Part shown: positions 54,399-64,000 of the stretch, one piece after another | Numbering within the stretch: position 1 is the first letter of the stretch | Layout: the number at the start of each line of letters is the position of its first letter | Origin: Eledone cirrhosa | Lineage: Eukaryota | DNA: 64,000 nucleotides | Reading direction: 5' to 3' | NCBI GenBank assembly: GCA_964016885.1 | Contig: OZ024741.1 | Coordinates: 147,064,001-147,128,000 of the forward strand | Made by a program: the position numbers and the translations under genes | The notes under the pieces: generated by a model | What the model saw: only the letters and a program-made list of their open reading frames with translations | Told to the model about the DNA's origin: nothing | The model's database searches: none

Positions 54399-54562
54399 GG
54401 TAGGAAGAGAGTTCCAAGGGTGCGTGGAGGAGTGGTGGAAAGACATTTTAAAAAAAGGGGGGGGGGGGGAAGGAAGGAAAAACGATTTTTTTTAGAAGTA
54501 CAAATAAAAATAAAAATAAACAAGTGGTGGAAGGGTCTGAGACGTGTAGGGGTGATAGCGGG

Positions 54563-54760
54563 TAATAATAATAATTGTTTCTACAATTGGCACAAGGCCA
54601 GCAATTATCCCAGTGTATCACTGGTACTTTATTTTATCGACCCTGTAAGGATGAAAGGCAAAGTTAACCTCGGCGAGATTTGAACTCAGATCATACAGGG
54701 CCGTAACTCTATGCTGCAAAGCATAGCGTCCGGCCCTCTACCGATACTGCCAATCCACCA
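54563..54760 (-). mobile_element. SINE family A copy, full-length
   Basis: Head, central domain and (ATT)n tail all present on the minus strand. Confidence 0.85.
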
Positions 54761-54850
54761 CAATAATAATAATGGTTTCTTTACTGGCCACAAGGGCTAA
54801 CATGAAGAAGAAAAACATTACAGATGGCACAGGATGATACAAAGTGGGTT
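54761..54850 (-). mobile_element. 3' terminus of a third Tx1-like LINE copy
   Basis: Minus strand ...GCCCTTGTGGCCAGTAAAGAAACC(ATT)n matches the 3' ends of copy A (7680-7732) and copy B (13515-13557). Confidence 0.7.
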
Positions 54851-55189
54851 TTGGCTGTGTAAAAAGGTTGGGGAACAAAGAATCAGTATTGCATCATATA
54901 CATATTTAATTACATATTACATACATTTCACTTCCAATCAGCTCGAGGAGCCATCGAATAATGTTTGTTCCTGGCCCTGGAATCAGAAGCTCTTTAGATA
55001 TGTGTTCTCACATGTAGACACATGTCCAAATGTTGTTGAATTGTTAAACACCCAATTTGTTACTTTAGGCTGCCACAAACTTTGTTAGAATAAATGTCAT
55101 TATCGATTTTATCATGCTAAATTGTGTTTGGTCAAATTCCTGTAGATCAGGATGGTAAATTATGCTGGTCTGGTCTGGTACAAATTCTG

Positions 55190-55997
55190 TTCATGCAGAT
55201 AATTATTACATTAACTATGCTATCATTTCAGGTATACACATTTCATTGGCTGCCTTTTTTAGATATTTCTGAAACAGATCATTCCGATCTATTTTCTAAG
55301 TGCCACTTACTTTCTGCAAGCAGAAAGTTCTCGGGGGACTGGATTGATGCCTTGCCTGTAGCTAACATTGGTGGCTTTCTCAGTCAGGACAAGCTTTGCA
55401 TCTCATTGCACTTCAAGTGGGAGCCAACTTCTGTTGGGGTCTGAGATGTCACTGTGGTAGGTCCCTCAGCTCCACAGGTCTACATGGTTTGTCATGCTGT
55501 CTGAATGCTGTTCATTTCGCTCACCACACCAAGCTAAACCTGATCACCAAACAGATCCTAGCTTGGGTAAATATCCCCTCAGTTCTGGAGCCAGTTGAAT
55601 TATCCATAAATGATGGGAAGAGACCAGTCAGCCTAACCCTTTGTCCCTGGGTAAGTGGTAGGTGTCTCATCTGGGATGGGATGCCACAGTCGCTGACTCG
55701 TTAGCTTCCTCACACATCATGGATACCTCGGTAATTGTAGGGGTCACTGCTTCCAAATGGAATAAAATTCGTAAACACCTGGATTTATCTAGTAATTATT
55801 TTTTCCAGCCTGTGGCATACAAGACATTTGGTGGAGTTGGGCCACTGACAGCAAAGTTCTTCTCATCACTGGTGGCTCACCTTACTGAGGTGTCAAGTGA
55901 TACCCATGAGGGTGCTTTGTTGTTTCAGCACCTTAGTCTCAGCATCACCCATGGCAATCCTGCGAGCATATTGTCTTGCCTCAAAGTGTTTAGTTAA
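55190..55997 (+). mobile_element. decayed CRE-clade-like RLE non-LTR retrotransposon C-terminus
   Basis: SGDWIDALP, CHCG....GLHGLSC, HH..LN, LEP...DGKRP..LTLCPW..GRCLIWDATV, FQPVAYKTFG, FQHLSLSITHGN. Confidence 0.75.
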
Positions 55998-57061
55998 CCC
56001 CTATGATGTGTATTGCGGCTGATTATTACATTTGATGGTAAACTGATGGTCTTTTCCCTCCCCCACCTCTTTTTATCTTCTTTCTTTTATGCGTTTATAT
56101 TTGTGTTTATCAATAACATTATATTTGTAATGTTTTTCTGGACAAATTGCGGGCAATTTATAATGTTATCTATGCATTTGTGATGTTATTTGTAATGTTA
56201 TTTATGTATATATTTAAAACATATTTGTAATGTGAATTACTGTTAAAAGAAAATTGACAATGATTTGTAATTGTTTTTTGTTTTTTTTTCCTTTAAGTGC
56301 AAACGACTTTTGAAAAGTGTAGTAGAAATGGGTAATAAATGTAGAGAGGGAAGAAAGTATAGATATATAGGGTAGTAATAGAAGGTAAGGGAGTTAATTT
56401 GGAATTTTAAAAAATAGTTAAAAATTACACTACACTTTACAAACACATATGTGTAGGTATAAGTTCATGTCATACATACATCACAAAAATACTTAAACTT
56501 TTTAAATTTAAGTTACTTCCCACAGATCACCCTCCTATATTTAAACCTAGTGTATTGAAGAAACTGTTTCATTTGAAGATCAGTACTGGTTTGAATCTTA
56601 TTTGAGGAGTCCTGATGATTTGGACAGTTTCAATTTGGTCTATGTTTATTAAATCATCAAACATCACCTCAGGAGCTGTTCTGCATCCCATCTTTGCTTA
56701 ATCATGTAGTGGTCAACTTTTTGTAAAGAATAAACTTTGTATTAAATTAAATAAACTTCAAAATTAAATATGTTGCTGCAAGTACACACACACTGATTAG
56801 CTGCAAACTGCCTGGAAAGAAGTATTTCTATTGGTATATTTAATAATATATGTATATCAGTATGTGCATGTGTGTGTCTCTTTAAGCCATGTATCTATTT
56901 TTACATACATGACTCAGACAGTAACAAACCATCCAACCCATGCCAACAGAGAAAGCAGATGTAAAATGATGATGGTTATATACACATTTAACATTCTTTT
57001 ATTTCTTTATATCTCTCTCTATATATTTATAAATATATATATATGGACATATATATATATA

Positions 57062-57090
<29 letters not shown>

Positions 57091-57092
<2 letters not shown>

Positions 57093-58221
57093 GCAAAGTA
57101 TGGGTGCATAAAAGATGTAGTGGGATCACAGGTAAGCTAACTAAGAACATAGATTTTACATGTGGCCAGTGTTCTGGTGCAATAAGTAGCAGCAAGTGCC
57201 CACAGAATACTAGCTCTTTCAATTGCGCAGAGGGTTCTATAGAAATAGTGGACAGCTTCCGTTACCTGGGCGATAAAATCAGCAGTGGGGGAGGGTGCTC
57301 TGAAAGTACTGTAGCTAGAGTCAGAACTGGTTGGAAAAAGTTCAGAGAGCTTATACCACTATTAGCTGCTAAAGGGTTCTCCCTAAAAATGAAAGGCAGG
57401 TTGTACGATGCCTGCATACGAACAGCAATGCTGCATGGCAGTGAGACCTGGGCATTGTGTGCAGAGGATATACGCAGACTAGAGATGAACGAAGCTTGCA
57501 TGCTCCGCTGGATGTGTAACAGTAATATACGTGAACGGCAAAGCATAAACGAACTAAGGAAAAAATTAGAGATAAGAGGGATCAGATGTTGTTTACTCGA
57601 GAGAAGGCTACGTTGGTATGGACACGTGATGCGCATGAAAGTCGATAGCTGTATAACAAAGTGCAGGGCAATAAAGATAGACGGTAGTCACGGAATAGAC
57701 AGACCTAGAAAAACCTGGGACGAGCTGATAAACTCCGACATCAAACACTTACACCTCTCCAAGACAATGTCACTGGACCGAGACCTTTGGCGGTACTCAG
57801 TAACAGAGAAGACCCGCCTTACCTAAATATATAGTAAAACCTACTCCAGCCAGTAGGCATCTCTAACAAAATACACCCCGTCCCACCACCACCACCCCCA
57901 CCCCATCCACACCACCCCGTTCTATGTAAAGTTATGTTGGTGCCGCGCCATCCAGGCCGAAACAAATGAGATCGTGTAGGTGTCACGACAAAAAAACACA
58001 CAGTCCACGCTGTAATGTGGCCGTGTAGGCAACACGGTAAAAACCTCCCAGACCCACACTGTAAATGTGGTTGGTGTTAGGAAGGGCATCCAACTGTAGA
58101 AAACCTGCCAGACAGTCCTATGCGAGCAAGACAATCACTCTTGCCTCAAGTGGGACTACCCCCGTCCAAACCCATGCAAGCGTGGAACACGGACGTTAAA
58201 CGTTGATGATGATGATGATGA

Positions 58222-58223
<2 letters not shown>
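57091..58223 (+). mobile_element. RTE-clade LINE copy 4, 5'-truncated
   Basis: C-terminal ORF ending at 57826, 3'UTR and (GAT)n tail; (TA)n on both sides. Confidence 0.93.
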
Positions 58224-58286
<63 letters not shown>

Positions 58287-58307
58287 AATACATATATATA
58301 TATATAA

Positions 58308-58340
<33 letters not shown>

Positions 58341-58619
58341 GACCGGGTGATGTGTTGTTTCCTTGAGCAAGACACTTTATTCCACATTGCTCCAGTTTAC
58401 TCAGCTGTAGAAATGAGATGATAGGGACTGGGGTCCCTATCATTCCACTGCAAAGTGGTCGTGGAGGTGCCACGGCAAAAAAGCACCCTGCACTCACTGT
58501 AAATGAGGTTGGTGTTAGGAAGGGCATCCAGCTGTAGAAATCAAGCCAGAATCAGTTCCCGTCCCACCCTTGCAAGCAGGGAAAAGTGGACGTAAAATGA
58601 GATGATGATGATGATGATG
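58341..58619 (+). mobile_element. SINE family B body with RTE-derived 3' tail
   Basis: CCTTGAGCAAGACACTT motif (shared with the 23991 head), then GGTTGGTGTTAGGAAGGGCATCCAGCTGTAGAAA and GGACGTAAAA..(GAT)n shared with the RTE 3'UTR. Confidence 0.8.
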
Positions 58620-58650
58620 TATATATATAAATACATATATATATATATAA

Positions 58651-58735
<85 letters not shown>

Positions 58736-58779
58736 AATACATATATATATATATAAATACATATATATATATATATATA

Positions 58780-58837
<58 letters not shown>

Positions 58838-58851
58838 TGTATACATATATG

Positions 58852-58903
<52 letters not shown>

Positions 58904-58931
58904 TGTATACATATATGTATATATATATGTG

Positions 58932-58982
<51 letters not shown>

Positions 58983-59051
58983 GTATATATATATATACAT
59001 ACATATCTGTATACATATATGTATATATATATATATGTATATATATATATG

Positions 59052-59119
<68 letters not shown>

Positions 59120-59195
59120 TGTATATATATATGTATATATATATGTATATATATATATATATGTATGTATATATATATGTATATATATATATATA
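58620..59195. repeat. (TA)n microsatellite
   Basis: Seen directly in the sequence. Confidence 0.98.
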
Positions 59196-59970
59196 GTGAG
59201 ACCTGGGCATTGTGTGCAGAGGATATACGCAGACTAGAGAGGAACGAAGCTTGCATGCTCCGCTGGATGTGCAATAGTAATATACGTGAACGGCAAAGCA
59301 TAAACGAACTAAGGAAAAAATTAGAAATAAGAGGGATCAGATGTTGTTTACTCGAGAGAAGGCTACGTTGGTACGGTCACGTGATGCGCATGAAAGACGA
59401 CAGCTGTATAACAAAGTGCAGGGCAATAAAGATAGACGGTAGCCACGGAGTAGGCAGACCCAGAAAAACATGGGACGAACTGATAAATTCCGACCTCACA
59501 CGCTTACACCTCTCCAAGACAATGTCACTGGACCGAGACCTTTGGCGGTACTCAGTAATAGAGAAGACCCGCCTTACCTAAATACAAAGTAAAAACCTAC
59601 TACAGTCAGTAGGCATCTCTATCAAAACACCCCCCGTCCCACCACCTCCACCCCATCCACACCGCCCCTTTCAATGTACAGTTATGTTGGTCCCACAACA
59701 TCCAGGCCGAAACAAATGAGATCGTGTAGGTGTCACGACAAAAAACACACAGTCCACGCTGTAATGTGGCCGTGTAGGCAACACGGTAAAAACCTCCCAG
59801 CCCCACACTGTAAATGTGGTTGGTGTTAGGAAGGGCATCCAACTGTAGAAAACCCGCCAGATAGTCCTATGCGAGCAAGACAACCACTCTTGCCTCAAGT
59901 GGGAAAACCCCCGTCCAAACCCATGCAAGCGTGGAACACGGACGCTAAACCTGATGATGATGATGATGAT
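59196..59970 (+). mobile_element. RTE-clade LINE copy 5, 5'-truncated
   Basis: [16 protein letters not shown]...KTRLT* followed by the 3'UTR and (GAT)n. Confidence 0.92.
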
Positions 59971-61894
59971 ATGCCTAGTCTTTTCATTATTCTCATTCAA
60001 TTAAATTGATTGCCTTCTATCTGTCCACCCACCTTGTGATATTGTGCAAACCTTTGAAGAAGTAACAGCTCAAAAAGAAACAGTGTGTATTAATAATATT
60101 ATCGAAATATTGACAACATAATAAGTAAATGATAGAAAATGAACAAACACAAAACAGCAATGATTGTTAATGCAAAACAATTTACATAAGACCAAACAAC
60201 ATTGCAAACAATTCATGTCTAAGTTTTGGTCTGATTTTGTAACTTTTCCTTTGTTTAGCCTAGATCAATTGTTGTGGTGGTGTCTAAACTACATATATGC
60301 TATGGCAATCGTTTTTGTCTTGATCTGTCCTTCTGATTATCATTTTCCCTACCGCCATCCTCATTGATGTTACTACTCTCTTTAGATGTATTTTTATGGT
60401 GGGTATTGTTTGTTTGAGTGAAGGCATGCATAGCTTATGGTTAAGGTATTAGGTTCAATTTCTGCAATGACTGGTATTTCAGTCATGATCATGTCATTTG
60501 TGAATGGATAAGAGAAGGATTAATGATAGGGACCCTAATCCAATCAGGTTCAGCTGATCTCTTATGAGATTGTATCTCAGAGGAAACTTCTTAGGTGTTT
60601 TAACAATAAGGAGCCCTAATCCATTCATTTTGTTATTACAACTCTCACCTATGTAGGATTAGCTGGTCTTATCTCATATGTTTCATAGATGCTTTGAGAA
60701 TAGAGCCTTCTTCAGTCATATAATGAAAAGCAATATGAATTAGATTCACGACCATGTGATCATGAATCCAGTGCACTAAGCACTTGGCTATGTGCTCTCC
60801 CATACATTCTATGACTGTGCCATGATCTGTCCTTCTGATCATAATGTTCCCTATAATTATCTTCACTGATGTTGCCCTATTTAGATGTATTTTTATGGTG
60901 GGTTTTCTTTGTTTGCATGAAGATATGTGGCTTGGTGATTAGAATATTGGTCTCAGATTTAGAAGGTCAATTCCTGTGATTAAAAGTATTTCAGTTATGT
61001 GAGCTCACGATTGTAATATCATGAATTTGATTCCCAGGTAGAGTCTTGTACTCTCAATTTCTTAACTCTAATGAAATCAGCATAAGCTGATGAGCCTCTA
61101 GGCTTAGAACAGACTTTAATTTTTTAACTCCCTTTGTTTAAATCCTTCCAAATAGTGGCTTAGAGCCATCTTTATGCTGAATGCTTTACCAAACCTTACT
61201 CTAATGATGATTCCCATGTATAAATCTTCCCTTGTGGTGACATTCAGCATTTTTGAATATTTTTCTATGACTGCTGTCATCCAAATCATTTTCTGACTAT
61301 GATGTACTTTTACTATTTAGTCAGTATTTGTTTTGGCATTTGTTCTGGCTTGCTATATTCTAGGTTCAAATCCTTCATAGGTCAACCTTGCTTTTCATCC
61401 TTCCAAGCAGTGATGAATTGGTAAAATTGTTAAAGAGATGGACAAAATGCTTTGTGATATATGTTCCAGCTCTATGCCTCCTGTCACCAGAAAAAACAGT
61501 AATGCTTCTGCTAGAAGTTGCAACCAAATGATAGTATTAGTAACAGAAAGACAAATAGATACATAGTTTCGTTGGTTCAATCTAAAGATCAATTTCTTTT
61601 CTTTTATATACTTCATGACTGAGCATCAACATCATAATCGTTTAACGTCTGTTTTCCCTGCTAACAAGTGTTGGACATGTCATCACAGACCTATCAATAC
61701 TCAAGCAGAGTGAACAACCTCAAGGTGTCTTATATATGATCCTGCACTCTAATAAGTGCATTTAATTGTGGTACCAGCACTAGAGAAATTGTCATATACT
61801 TGAAACAACTAAAGAGTCTTTCCAACCCTTTGTTTGACAGATTTTTTATGACTGAATGCCCTTCTTCTGGTATTCATTATTTTATTCATATTAA

Positions 61895-62087
61895 GTGCGG
61901 TGGATTGGAAGTATCAGTAGAGGGTCGGACGCCATGCTTTCCAGCATAGTTACGTCTCTTTACGATCTGAGTTCAAATCCCGCCGAGGTTGACTTTGCCT
62001 TTCATCCTTACGGGGTGGATAAAATAAAGTACCAGTAATGCACTGGGTAATTGCTGGCCTTGTGCCTAAAGTAGAAACAATTATTTT
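61895..62087 (+). mobile_element. SINE family A copy, full-length
   Basis: Box B-like GTTCAAATCC, central domain, tail GGCCTTGTGCCTAAAGTAGAAACAATTATT. Confidence 0.85.
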
Positions 62088-62929
62088 ATTTACATTCAAA
62101 TTTGATCACCAGGATGTAAAATAAAAGAACAAACATAACTAAATATGAGAGGCATCTAATTGAGTTATGTCCTCTTTTTGTCATCCTACTATCTGATGAT
62201 GGCTTGTATCATAGTCACAGGGCCAAAAATTGGGGTAGAGGAAAGTCAACTAAAACAAACCTCAGTACTTGACTGGTATTTTATTTTATCAAGCTTGGAA
62301 GGATGAAAGGCAAAGTTGACCTCAGAAGAATTTGAACGCAATATAAAGAGCCAGAATTACCACAATGCTTTGTCTGATGCTCTATCGAATCTGCCACTCC
62401 ACTGCCCTCCCATAAGTAAATAATAACATGTTGTTTTCTTATATATTTTCTTCATTTGTCGGCAGCAGTATAAGCATTTGTGCCAAAACAGTGTCACAGT
62501 GACAGCAAGATAAGATTGAAGAGGAAGCTATTAACCTCTTGAGATAGGCAAACAAATATTATTTGGCAAGAATAAGACACTCATCTTATTCTTAATATTA
62601 ATTTCTATTAAAATGTTTTCCTCCTTTCTATTAATCGGTATGAAGAGATGGAAGGTAAAAAGATGGAATTACATAATAATATAAACACTATATTTCTAAT
62701 AAATGGCACTGTTTATGGTGTTGAAATCATTTCAAAATAATAACAAATTTGGAGTGATTTAGTAAAATGACTTTTTCATTATTTATCTGGTGTTTGAAAT
62801 AATACAAAGGTTTTTACATAAAATTATGATGGAAGGTTTCTACATAACCCTAACACTAACCCTTTAAAACTAGGAGCAGATTCAGGCAGGTTAGAAACAA
62901 ACAAAATGATTAAGTTAATATCCATACCA

Positions 62930-63200
62930 AGCTCAAAGGTTCATCAAGCCAGTTGTTATCCTGGTTTCATTGACATTAAGGAATGGAGAATGTAAAATTC
63001 CCCTAGGATAGGATGCTAGTCTATCATAGGGGCTAACCTCCAGTTGCTGTTGGTATTCATTTTTGGCTGAGTTAACTGGAGCAATGTGAAATTAAGTGTT
63101 TTGCTCGAGAACAAAATGCACCCCTTAGTCTGGGAACTGAACCCACAACACTAGGATCCTGAGTTCAACACCTTAACAAATAAGCTGCACGCCTTCACAA
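62930..63200 (-). mobile_element. decayed tRNA-derived SINE with a family B-like head
   Basis: Minus strand tRNA-like head followed by GAGCAAAACACTTAATTTCACATTGCTCCAG. Confidence 0.6.
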
Positions 63201-64000
63201 ATGGGATGGCCATGACTGAAATGCCTTTCAAGCATAAGTCTTTTCAGTCAGTCCTTTTATACTAACAAATGAGTTTCTATGCAATGTGGGTGGCATGGGG
63301 GGAAAAGAGCAAAGTATAAGAACATAAAAACCTGTTGGGGAATATCTATGCCAAGAAAATAGCATGAACTATTTTATACTTGTACTGCTTGCTATAGGAA
63401 TGCTTCTTCATGGCTGGCTAAGGACTATACAACAGCAACTATAACCAGCACGATTTTAAAAGGCATCTTCTACATAATAGATCTGTTAGAAATAGTAGCC
63501 AACTTCTCCAACAAATCAAATCTTAAAGAAGAAAACATTAGACAATGTAGCGTAGTTCCTCATATAAAAAATAGACCAGGATGGTCAGTGCCAGAATACC
63601 TTTGATCATAAGTCTATTGGATCTGAAGAGACCTTGGCCTAAACAACAACTATAGCAGTAATCGTAAATGTAACTGTGTCCTAAACAAAAACAGGATGAA
63701 CAAAGCTGGAATAAGTTTGATTATAAGTCTGCAAGCTCAGAGCTGATTTGGAAGTAAACAACAATATACACATGGTTATGTAGCCATTGTTATACAAAAA
63801 TGTAATATATAAACACACTGAATTATCATATTATTTGTAAATCTTTAGATTTATGTTTTGAACTATATATGCCAAGGTGTTCTGATTAAAAACATTCTAA
63901 CCATGACCAATCTTCTTTTTAGCAGTGTGTCTAGAATACATCATCCTTACAGTGAAGTATCTGGTTTAAAATAGGTACACCATATCCATGTGTGTTGTAA

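Noticed and set aside
60670-60720. Further hammerhead-like cores (also 49059, 56612, 61088, 62194)
   Set aside because: CTGANGA is present, but a correctly placed GAAA, NUH site or stem I is missing.

Overview
This is an AT-rich eukaryotic (metazoan) window made almost entirely of repeats. The repeat families and very long (TA)n tracts resemble an octopus/coleoid genome (inference). No host protein-coding gene can be firmly identified. Main contents: two 5'-complete but mutated L1/Tx1-like LINEs stacked head-to-tail in an (ATT)n microsatellite (2.8-13.6 kb); five young truncated RTE LINE copies with (GAT)n tails embedded in (TA)n; a CR1/L2-group LINE; two Penelope-like GIY-YIG elements; decayed hAT, Rex3/Expander-like, CRE-like and R4/Dong-like remnants; two tRNA-type SINE families; TTAA-flanked MITEs; and several long hairpins. 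Most notable: (1) an apparent (ATT)n-targeted Tx1-like LINE and a SINE that shares its 3' terminus; (2) a parallel RTE LINE/SINE pair occupying (TA)n; (3) six intact-core and two degenerate minimal hammerhead-ribozyme motifs, in Penelope termini and in small orphan islands, most lying within or next to (TA)n tracts.
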